A DNA stretch of 64,000 nucleotides from an uncultured Clostridium sp. (GTDB taxonomy: Bacteria > Bacillota > Clostridia > TANB77 > CAG-508), in contig CANTAQ010000007.1 of NCBI GenBank assembly GCA_947651825.1, positions 2,446 through 66,445 of the forward strand, in the 5' to 3' direction. The notes beneath the pieces were generated by a model. It was not told the DNA's origin, did no database searches, and saw only the letters and a list, made by a program, of their open reading frames with translations. The translations under genes were made by a program, and so were the position numbers. Each line of letters starts with the position of its first letter. The stretch's first letter is position 1. Of the stretch, positions 50,351 through 59,926 are shown piece after piece.

Positions 50351-52498
50351 ATGGATAAAATTATTAGTACAATTGCATATGAGTTAGGTGTAAAGGAAAT
50401 TCAAGTTAAAAATACTATAAATTTGATAGATGAAGGTAACACAATTCCTTTCATTGCTCGTTATAGAAAAGAAGTAACTGGTGGATTAAGTGATGAAATT
50501 TTAAGAGATTTAGGAGAAAGACTTACATATTTAAGAAATTTAGAAGCTAGAAAAGAAGATGTTAAAAGAATAATAGACGAACAAGGAAAACTTACAGATG
50601 AAATAGTTCAAAGCCTAGAAAAAGCTATGACTATGGCTGAAGTTGAAGATATTTACAGACCATATAAACAAAAGAAAAAGACAAGAGCAACTATAGCAAA
50701 AGCAAAGGGATTAGAGCCTTTAGCAGATATCATTTATGCACAAAAGGAAACTACTCCAATTGAACAACTTGCAGAAAAGTTTATAGATACAGAAAAAGGA
50801 GTAGAAACAATAGAAGAAGCTATAAATGGTGCAAAAGATATAATTGCGGAAAATATTTCAGATGTACCAGAATATAGAAAAGAGATAAAGAGATTGTGCT
50901 ATGTGTATAGTAAGATTGTTACTAAAAATGCTAAGAACGAAAAATCAAATTATGAGATGTATTATAAATTTGAAGAGGAAATAAAGAAAATTCCAAGTCA
51001 TAGAATATTAGCTATAAATAGAGGAGAAAAAGAAGAGTTTTTAAAGGTATCAATAGAAAAGCCTTATGAAAAAATATATAATCATTTAAGAAAAAATGTT
51101 ATAAAAGGAGAAACTCAGTTTACAGGACTATTAGAGGAAACGATAGAAGACAGTTATAAAAGATTAATAGAACCATCAATAGAAAGAGAAATAAGGGCAG
51201 ATTTAACTGAAAAGGCAGAAGAACAGGCGATTAAAGTTTTCGGAAAAAATGCAAAGCAATTACTATTAATAGCACCAATTAGAGGAATAACAGTAATGGG
51301 ATTTGACCCAGCATATAGAACTGGTTGCAAAATAGCTGTAATAGATGATACTGGTAAAGTTCTAGACATTGCAACAGTGTATCCAACAGAACCACAAAAT
51401 GACGTTGAAGGTGCTAAAAAAATATTAAAGAATTTAATTGTAAAACATAAAGTAAATATGATAGCAATAGGAAATGGAACAGCTTCAAGAGAGTCTGAAA
51501 AATTTGTTTCAGATATGATAAAAGAAATTCCAGAAACAGTGTATTATACAATCGTAAGTGAAGCAGGAGCGTCAGTATATTCAGCATCAAAACTTGCAAC
51601 AGAAGAATACCCAGATATAAATGTATCGATAAGGGGAGCAATATCAATAGCAAGAAGATTGCAAGATCCACTGGCTGAGTTAGTAAAAATAGACCCTAAG
51701 TCAATAGGAGTAGGACAATATCAACATGATGTAGACCAGAAGAAACTATCAGAAAATCTTACAGGTGTAGTAGAAGACGCAGTTAATAGTGTAGGGGTTG
51801 ATATAAATACAGCAACACCTTCATTATTATCATATGTTTCAGGAATTAATAAAAATATTGCTAAAAATATAGTAACATACAGAGATGAAAATGGAAAACT
51901 AACAGAGAGAAAAGAACTTTTAAAAGTTCCAAAACTAGGAAAAGCAACGTTTGAACAATGTGCAGGATTTATAAGAATTTTTAATGGAAAAAATCCATTA
52001 GAAATAACAGGAGTGCATCCAGAAAGTTATACAAAAGCAGAACAGCTATTAGAAAAGATAGGAGCAACTACAAAAGATTTATTGGATAAGGAAAAATTAG
52101 AAACAATAAAAGAAAAGCTATCTAGAATTAATATAGAAAAAACAGCAAAAGAATTAGAAATAGGAGAACTAACATTAAAAGATATTATTGATGACTTATC
52201 AAAACCAGGAAGAGACCCAAGGGAAGAAATGCCAAAACCGATATTAAGAACAGATATACTAAAAATAGAAGATTTACAAGAAGGAATGACTTTAACAGGA
52301 ACAGTAAGAAATGTAATAGATTTTGGTGCATTTGTAGACATTGGGATAAAACATGATGGATTAGTTCATATCTCAGAATTAAGTGAAGATTATGTAAGAA
52401 ATCCATCAGATGTAGTATCAGTAGGAGATATTGTAAAAGTTAAAGTAATAGGAATTGATTTAGAAAGACAAAAAGTTAAATTAAGTATGAAAATATAA
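50351..52498 (+). CDS. tex: Tex-like transcription accessory protein (YqgF, HhH, S1 domains)
   Basis: IPFIARYRKE, C-terminal S1 GTVRNVIDFGAFVDIG. Confidence 0.9.
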   Translation: MDKIISTIAYELGVKEIQVKNTINLIDEGNTIPFIARYRKEVTGGLSDEILRDLGERLTYLRNLEARKEDVKRIIDEQGKLTDEIVQSLEKAMTMAEVEDIYRPYKQKKKTRATIAKAKGLEPLADIIYAQKETTPIEQLAEKFIDTEKGVETIEEAINGAKDIIAENISDVPEYRKEIKRLCYVYSKIVTKNAKNEKSNYEMYYKFEEEIKKIPSHRILAINRGEKEEFLKVSIEKPYEKIYNHLRKNVIKGETQFTGLLEETIEDSYKRLIEPSIEREIRADLTEKAEEQAIKVFGKNAKQLLLIAPIRGITVMGFDPAYRTGCKIAVIDDTGKVLDIATVYPTEPQNDVEGAKKILKNLIVKHKVNMIAIGNGTASRESEKFVSDMIKEIPETVYYTIVSEAGASVYSASKLATEEYPDINVSIRGAISIARRLQDPLAELVKIDPKSIGVGQYQHDVDQKKLSENLTGVVEDAVNSVGVDINTATPSLLSYVSGINKNIAKNIVTYRDENGKLTERKELLKVPKLGKATFEQCAGFIRIFNGKNPLEITGVHPESYTKAEQLLEKIGATTKDLLDKEKLETIKEKLSRINIEKTAKELEIGELTLKDIIDDLSKPGRDPREEMPKPILRTDILKIEDLQEGMTLTGTVRNVIDFGAFVDIGIKHDGLVHISELSEDYVRNPSDVVSVGDIVKVKVIGIDLERQKVKLSMKI

Positions 52499-52503
52499 AA
52501 ATA

Positions 52504-52527
52504 AAAAACAACCTTAGGGTTGTTTTT
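52504..52527 (+). terminator. Rho-independent terminator
   Basis: AAAAACAACC-TTAG-GGTTGTTTTT. Confidence 0.8.
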
Positions 52528-52600
52528 ATTTACTAAATATATTGTAAAAAAAATATAAATAGAATATAATGTAAAAAAATGTAGAAATAAGGTGATAGCC

Positions 52601-54541
52601 ATGAACAAAGTAAAAACGCTTACCTACTGGATTTTATTCATTATATATGAAGAAATAGTTTTTTCAATTTTAATTTTTGATAAATTTCCAAGTTCTTTGT
52701 TATGGTTTATTTTATTGTCAACACCTTTTGCTATATTTTTAGATATGCTGACTTCAATATTTAAGAAAAAAGTTATAAATACAGTACTAGCATATATATT
52801 AACAATTGCAACTTGCTTTATCGTTGGAGCACAGCTTATTTATTACAAAATATATGGAGCAATAATATCATTTTTCTCTATTATGAATAGTGCACAAGTA
52901 ACACAATTTATGGATACAATTATTAATAAAATGATAGAAAACTGGTTAGGTATTTTGTTAATTATTATTCCACTTATAGTATTAATAATATTTAATATAG
53001 CTAAGATATTAAAGTTTGAAGGAACTAATATTAGTGGTTTCTTAATAGAAATGATGTCAGTAATAGTATTGAGTGGTACAGGTTTATTATGTATAGATAC
53101 TATAAATGTTGAAGGAATATATTCAAATAAAAATCTGTATTATAATGTACATTCACCAAAGATGACAACAAGTAGGATGGGACTATATACATCAATGAAA
53201 TTAGATTTAAAGCGATTCCTATTTGGATTTGAAGAAAAACTGACAATTGAAGTAAAGGCAATACCAGAAAATGCTATAAAAAAAGAAAAACAATACAATG
53301 TTACAGAAATTAATTTTGATAAATTAAAAGAAATTGAACAAGATGAAGAAATAAAAACAATGCATGAATATTTTGCAAATCAAATTCCAAGTGAACAAAA
53401 CCAATATACAGGGATGTTTAAAGGAAAAAATTTAATAGTATTTGTGGCAGAAGGCTTAAGTGATGTTGCAATAAGAGAAGATGTAACCCCAAATTTATAT
53501 AAATTATATAGTGAGGGATTTCAATTTAAGAATTTTTATACACCATTATATCCAGTAAGTACAGCAGATGGAGAGTATATTACAGACATGTCATTGATAC
53601 CTAAAGAAGGTGTTTGGAGTATGTACAGGATAAATGGAAACTATATACCATATTCATATGCAAATGCTTTTAAAGTTTTGGGGTATTCTAATTATAGTTA
53701 TCATAATCATACATCAACATATTACCATCGAGATGAATTTTTAAATACATTAGGATATGATTATTTTCTAGCTGTAGGAACTGGACTAGAAGATAGAATG
53801 AATACAAAGTTATGGCCTAATAGTGATTATGAAATGATAGATGTAACAGTAAATGATTATATTAATAATGAAAAATTTGTAGCATATTATATGACGGTAA
53901 GCGGACATTTGAACTATACTACTGAAGGAAACTGTATGTCAAGTAGAAATTGGGAACAAGTAATGGAGCTTCCATATTCTCATAATGCAAAAGCATATTT
54001 AGCATGCCAAATAGAATTAGATAAGGCAATAGGGGAGCTAGTAAATGAGCTATTAATTGCTGGCAAATTAGAAGATACAGTAATAGTAGTAAGTCCAGAC
54101 CATTATCCGTATGGATTGAGTTTAGCAGAATTAAATGAATTATCTACATATGAAAGAGATGAAATATTTGAAAAACACCATACTCCATTACTAATTTGGA
54201 ATGCAGCTATGGAAGAACCAATAAAAGTGAACAAAGTATGTTCAAGTTTAGATGTCTTGCCAACTGTACTAAATTTATTTGGAGTAGAGTATGATTCGAG
54301 ATTATTGATAGGAAATGATATATTATCAGATAATAAAGAACAAATAGTAATTTATTCTGATAGAAGTTTTATAACAGATAAAGGAAGATATAATGCTATA
54401 ACAAATACCTTTATTCCAAATGGTGATATAGAAGTAGAAGAGGGATATATTGACGAAATTAACACAATAATTTATCAGAAGTATAATATGTCAAAATTGA
54501 TATTAGAAAAAGATTACTATAGAAAAGTTTTTTATAAGTAA
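52601..54541 (+). CDS. LtaS-family (sulfatase-fold) polytopic membrane protein
   Basis: About 5 N-terminal TM helices plus an extracellular sulfatase-like domain (SPDHYPYG). Confidence 0.65.
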   Translation: MNKVKTLTYWILFIIYEEIVFSILIFDKFPSSLLWFILLSTPFAIFLDMLTSIFKKKVINTVLAYILTIATCFIVGAQLIYYKIYGAIISFFSIMNSAQVTQFMDTIINKMIENWLGILLIIIPLIVLIIFNIAKILKFEGTNISGFLIEMMSVIVLSGTGLLCIDTINVEGIYSNKNLYYNVHSPKMTTSRMGLYTSMKLDLKRFLFGFEEKLTIEVKAIPENAIKKEKQYNVTEINFDKLKEIEQDEEIKTMHEYFANQIPSEQNQYTGMFKGKNLIVFVAEGLSDVAIREDVTPNLYKLYSEGFQFKNFYTPLYPVSTADGEYITDMSLIPKEGVWSMYRINGNYIPYSYANAFKVLGYSNYSYHNHTSTYYHRDEFLNTLGYDYFLAVGTGLEDRMNTKLWPNSDYEMIDVTVNDYINNEKFVAYYMTVSGHLNYTTEGNCMSSRNWEQVMELPYSHNAKAYLACQIELDKAIGELVNELLIAGKLEDTVIVVSPDHYPYGLSLAELNELSTYERDEIFEKHHTPLLIWNAAMEEPIKVNKVCSSLDVLPTVLNLFGVEYDSRLLIGNDILSDNKEQIVIYSDRSFITDKGRYNAITNTFIPNGDIEVEEGYIDEINTIIYQKYNMSKLILEKDYYRKVFYK

Positions 54542-54542
54542 A

Positions 54543-54564
54543 AAGATGCCTTTTATGGCATCTT
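54543..54564. terminator. Bidirectional terminator
   Basis: AAGATGCC/GGCATCTT between convergent genes. Confidence 0.75.
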
Positions 54565-54578
54565 TAATTTTTAAAATT

Positions 54579-55859
<1,281 letters not shown>

Positions 55860-55909
55860 CTAAAATAAAATATGTTCTTAAATGAGCAATGGCTTTTAAG
55901 AACACATAT

Positions 55910-55938
55910 ATTATGTTATATTTTGTCTGATTTGTCAA
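55910..55938 (-). promoter_or_regulatory. Sigma-A-type promoter of purA
   Basis: TTGACA, 17 nt, CATAAT on the minus strand. Confidence 0.5.
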
Positions 55939-56023
55939 TATTTTGAGCAAAAAAATAAATAATTTTTAATCTCAAAAAACCTTGAGTTTTCAAGAAAAAT
56001 ATGATATTATAGATAAAATACAT

Positions 56024-56051
56024 AAAAGTCGTCATTTATATGACGACTTTT
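56024..56051. terminator. Terminator downstream of cdd
   Basis: AAAAGTCGTCA/TGACGACTTTT. Confidence 0.7.
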
Positions 56052-56200
56052 TCTATTAATATAAGCTGGATTTTATAATTAATCTGTAAAAATTTGTTCC
56101 ATCTTGTCAGATATTTCATTTTTAAAATTTAAAAAATGAATGTTCACATGGAGCTATATAATATGATTTAATAAATTGACTATTTTAAAATAACATTAAT

Positions 56201-56593
56201 TTATAAGTTAAAGTTATGTGGAAGTAAGTCACCAATGGTATATTCAGACACTTTATTATCAGGAGCTAATAAATAAATTTTAAAGTCTTTATCTACAAAT
56301 TCACTTATGAATTGCCTACAATAACCACAAGGAGTACAGTTTTCTAAAGTATCTAATGAGCTTCCTCCACATATAACTATATATTCAAATTCTTTTTCTC
56401 CTTCTGATAGTGCTTTTGTAAATGCAACTCTTTCTGCACATATTGACATTATTCCATCATTTTCTATGTTACATCCTGAATAGATTTTACCTGATTTTCC
56501 CTTTAATGCAGCTCCTACAAAGTATTTTGAGTGTGGAGCATAACTATTTTGTCTTACTGTTTTGGCAATAGAAATAGCTTCATCTAAATTCAT
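56201..56593 (-). CDS. cdd: Cytidine deaminase
   Basis: CAERVA ... CTPCGYCRQ zinc ligands. Confidence 0.9.
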   Translation of the reverse strand: MNLDEAISIAKTVRQNSYAPHSKYFVGAALKGKSGKIYSGCNIENDGIMSICAERVAFTKALSEGEKEFEYIVICGGSSLDTLENCTPCGYCRQFISEFVDKDFKIYLLAPDNKVSEYTIGDLLPHNFNL

Positions 56594-56655
56594 ATAAAAC
56601 CTCTCTTTCTATATGTAATATACTATAAAAATTGGTAAAAATCAACAAACAAGCG

Positions 56656-56684
56656 TTGAAAAATGTCGAAATAAGGAGTATAAT
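56656..56684 (+). promoter_or_regulatory. Sigma-A-type promoter of cassette B
   Basis: TTGAAA, 17 nt, TATAAT, then SD GAGGAGG. Confidence 0.55.
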
Positions 56685-56709
56685 ATTAAGTTGTGAGGAG
56701 GTATGATTT

Positions 56710-57192
56710 ATGCATACACAGTCCTTAGGTGTTCGGCTTTTAGAAAATAGTCTAGAGTTTAGGCCGAGAAAATGGGCAGGGAAACTTCTTGGAGCAGGTT
56801 GCTATCCATATGCAGCAAACTTCTACTGTGAACAATTCATAAGAATAGGAGAGCTTATCGGTAAACCTTGTGATATGCTAACTCCAGATTATGTCTTGAT
56901 ATTCACACTGTTGGAAGAATTGCTGTATTTAGGGTATAAGTCTGTTAAAGAGGTGCAGACTGATTACATATTGCAACCGGGAGAGTCAAAGATTTATCTG
57001 CGGAGAGTGAAGCAAGTGGGAATATACCATTTATTCCGCCAGAACAGTGATGGCTTGTGGTCACATAAATACAAAAACAAGCTACCATCAGAAAGAGACT
57101 CTAACCAAGAACTTCTTTATGACCCAGCTAAACAAAACCCGAAGGAGGGACTTAGTTATAATGGCTGGTGTTTCCTGCTCAACAGAGATTAG
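56710..57192 (+). CDS. Hypothetical protein, higher-G+C cassette B (possible Cys/His/Asp hydrolase-like signature)
   Basis: GAGCYPYAANFY ... LWSHKYKN ... LYDP. In-frame CGG at 56734 and 57001 with no frame change. Confidence 0.55.
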   Translation: MHTQSLGVRLLENSLEFRPRKWAGKLLGAGCYPYAANFYCEQFIRIGELIGKPCDMLTPDYVLIFTLLEELLYLGYKSVKEVQTDYILQPGESKIYLRRVKQVGIYHLFRQNSDGLWSHKYKNKLPSERDSNQELLYDPAKQNPKEGLSYNGWCFLLNRD

Positions 57193-57208
57193 CTGTAGTT
57201 AGTCTCTT

Positions 57209-57241
57209 GGCCGTCAACTTTAACAGGTTGGCGGCCTTTTC
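57209..57241 (+). terminator. GC-rich terminator of cassette B
   Basis: GGCCGTCAAC ... GTTGGCGGCC plus TTTT. Confidence 0.75.
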
Positions 57242-57267
57242 TTAATTTATAATAATGTTTGTAAGGA

Positions 57268-57690
57268 CTATAAATATTTTTTTAAATCTTCTACATTTTT
57301 TTCTTGTAAACGAACGAAATCAGATAGAATATTTTTAATTTCTTTAGTTGTAGAAATACTATTTAGAAGTTTTCTACCTTTAATAATTCCCATGTTTGTG
57401 CCTTGTATTAAAAGGTCAGATAATTTGGAATTACTAGTATCGTTAACAGTGTTTAACTGAATCCCCATCCAAGACATTGCTTTTTGCATCATAGGAGTAT
57501 CTTCAATTTCTTCATGATTTTCTACTAATAATTCTTGGGTCCTATCAAATATATTTTTATATTCTTTATGTTGTTCATTTAGTAAGCTTTCAAAATTTTC
57601 ATCTTTAACTTTATTTAATACAGTACTTATTGAATCCATACCCATTTTAGCATCTTTGCTGATTTCTTTTAGAAGTGAAATTTTTTCCAT
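57268..57690 (-). CDS. Hypothetical helical-bundle protein
   Basis: ORF with SD GAGGAGG. Confidence 0.45.
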   Translation of the reverse strand: MEKISLLKEISKDAKMGMDSISTVLNKVKDENFESLLNEQHKEYKNIFDRTQELLVENHEEIEDTPMMQKAMSWMGIQLNTVNDTSNSKLSDLLIQGTNMGIIKGRKLLNSISTTKEIKNILSDFVRLQEKNVEDLKKYL

Positions 57691-57801
57691 AATTCTTACC
57701 TCCTCTATTTTATTTTAGTATTTGTAAATCTGGAGAAAAATATGTATTTACATTGAGACTAGACATGTTATATGGTAAAATGGTAATATCAAGGAGTCAA
57801 T

Positions 57802-58581
57802 ATGGAAAATAATAATGAAGAAAAATTAATTTTAGCAAAATTAAATGATAAAATAAAATTTTGTAAAACAAGAAACAAAATTGCAAATACAGAATTTTTA
57901 AATATGTACCAAGAAAATATAATAAGAAAAGAACTGGAACGTATTAAATTTAGAAATTATATTTTCACAGGTGGATATGAAGAAGCAGAGAGTAAGTTAC
58001 TTATACTATATCCAGATAAATTAACAGAACAAGTAGTTATAAAAAATACTGAAAATATAATTAAAGCTATAAGAGTTCTTCTTCCAAATGAGCAAATGGG
58101 AAAATATCAACATAAAGATTATTTGGGAACAATAATGCAATTTGGACTAGTAAGAGAAAGAATAGGAGATATTTTAGTTTATGAAAATTGTGCATATATA
58201 ATAGCTCTGCAGGAAAATGTCCAGTATATAAAAGATTCTTTAATTGAAACAAAGAAATTCAAAAAATCGAAGATAGAAATAATAGATATTAAAGAAATTG
58301 AAGTGAAAACGCCAGAATTTGAAACATTTAAAATAACAGTAAATTCATTAAGACTAGACAATTTTGTTTCAGAGATAGGAAAACTTTCAAGAAATGAGAC
58401 ATCAAAACTAATTGAAAGTGAGCAGGTTTCAGTAAACTGCAAAGTGGAGACAAGACAATCAAAAATAGTAGAACAAGGGGACGTTTTAATAATAAGAAGA
58501 AAAGGAAAATTTATTATAGATGAATTTGGAAGTTTAAATAAAAAGGGTAAACAGGTTGTAGTGATAAGAAAATACAAGTGA
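57802..58581 (+). CDS. YlmH-like S4-domain RNA-binding protein
   Basis: C-terminal S4-like LRLDNFVSEIGKLSRNETSKLIESEQVSVN. Confidence 0.6.
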   Translation: MENNNEEKLILAKLNDKIKFCKTRNKIANTEFLNMYQENIIRKELERIKFRNYIFTGGYEEAESKLLILYPDKLTEQVVIKNTENIIKAIRVLLPNEQMGKYQHKDYLGTIMQFGLVRERIGDILVYENCAYIIALQENVQYIKDSLIETKKFKKSKIEIIDIKEIEVKTPEFETFKITVNSLRLDNFVSEIGKLSRNETSKLIESEQVSVNCKVETRQSKIVEQGDVLIIRRKGKFIIDEFGSLNKKGKQVVVIRKYK

Positions 58582-58592
58582 TTAATACGAAA

Positions 58593-58618
58593 GTCACCGC
58601 CGGTATACCGGCGGTGAC
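58593..58618. terminator. Perfect 11-bp GC hairpin between convergent genes (cassette C terminator)
   Basis: GTCACCGCCGG-TATA-CCGGCGGTGAC. Confidence 0.7.
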
Positions 58619-58635
58619 TCTGCTGATAGCGACAC

Positions 58636-59025
58636 TTAAATGACGATTACGAACACAAGGATTGCAGCTAACCCTGATAGGATGAAACTTACAATCTTGT
58701 TAGCTCCCGCATCAATAAGTGACTGGTGAGTCCAGTTGTACACTCTAGGCAGAAGCATGAAAGTGCGTGTAACAATCCAGCCAACGGCCCAGAACAGATG
58801 ACTTACCACAAAGCCGATAGCGCGGAATATACCTTCAACAATGGTAGAACCTAGGTTCTGGGAAACTCGGAAACCAACTGCGCCAAAGATGATAACCAGC
58901 CCAGCCATGGTAATAACAATCAACATGGTGGGTTTCACCAGAAAATTGAAGTAGGCGAGGCCAGTAGGGATGAGGTGGTTCACGATGACAATGTACAGTG
59001 CAATCAACATAGCTTTTTCCTCCAA
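58636..59025 (-). CDS. Hypothetical 4-TM membrane protein, higher-G+C cassette C
   Basis: Four hydrophobic helices, composition richer in G+C than flanks, SD GGAGG. Confidence 0.6.
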   Translation of the reverse strand: MEEKAMLIALYIVIVNHLIPTGLAYFNFLVKPTMLIVITMAGLVIIFGAVGFRVSQNLGSTIVEGIFRAIGFVVSHLFWAVGWIVTRTFMLLPRVYNWTHQSLIDAGANKIVSFILSGLAAILVFVIVI

Positions 59026-59046
59026 GTTATAGTGAAAATGTATTTA

Positions 59047-59064
59047 TGTCAACGCCAATTGGCG
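59047..59064 (-). promoter_or_regulatory. TTGACA -35 element abutted by the 12-bp palindrome CGCCAATTGGCG (candidate operator)
   Basis: Read directly upstream of cassette C. The -10 candidate TATAAC has sub-optimal spacing. Confidence 0.35.
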
Positions 59065-59138
59065 ATAAAAGGAATTAATAAGGACACTATATATTTATTA
59101 TATAATAATTAACATAAAATGGCAAATAATAAGAAGGA

Positions 59139-59873
59139 ATGAAAATGGAAATAAAAGAACAAAAAGATTTTGTAGAAATAAATGGTGAAAAGTTATACTT
59201 TTATATACAAAGAAAAAAGATAAAAAATATGAATTTAAGAGTGCACAAAGATAAGAAAGTTACAATATCAATACCAATGAGATTATCACTAGAAAAGGCA
59301 AAAAGTTTCGTAAAAAGTAAAGCAAGTTGGATAAAAAAACAACAGAAATTTTATGATACACATATAGAACAAAAGGAAAATGAGAAGATAGAAAATAGAG
59401 GAAAGGTATATTTACTAGGAGAACAATATGAGGTAAAAATATTTACAAGTAAAAGAAATAGTATAGAAATAATAGATAAGTTTGTGGAAATTTATATAAA
59501 AGAAAAATATATGGATGAAAAGAAATACATAAGCAAAACTTATAATATATGGCTTAAGCAATATGCGACGGAAATATTAACAGCAGAGGTTTCAAAATAT
59601 CAACAACAAATGAAATTATATGGAATACCAATGCCAGAAATAGAAATAAAACAAATGAAATCAACATGGGGGCTATGTATGCCAAAAAGAAATAAGGTAA
59701 AGTTTAACTTAAATCTAATAAAAACACCAATACCTTGTATAGAATATGTTGTAGTACACGAACTATCACATTTTAAACACCCAAATCATAGTAAGAATTT
59801 CTACAACTTCGTTTCAATCTTTATGCCAGATTGGAAAGATAGGAGGAAAAGATTGGGTGGGGAAATATACTAG
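59139..59873 (+). CDS. YgjP-like (DUF45 / M48-type) metal-dependent hydrolase
   Basis: VVVHELSHFKHPNHSKNFY. Confidence 0.8.
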   Translation: MKMEIKEQKDFVEINGEKLYFYIQRKKIKNMNLRVHKDKKVTISIPMRLSLEKAKSFVKSKASWIKKQQKFYDTHIEQKENEKIENRGKVYLLGEQYEVKIFTSKRNSIEIIDKFVEIYIKEKYMDEKKYISKTYNIWLKQYATEILTAEVSKYQQQMKLYGIPMPEIEIKQMKSTWGLCMPKRNKVKFNLNLIKTPIPCIEYVVVHELSHFKHPNHSKNFYNFVSIFMPDWKDRRKRLGGEIY

Positions 59874-59926
59874 GTTATGTAGAAAATATTATTAAATGAA
59901 ATTAAGGAATAAAAATAGGAGTAATA

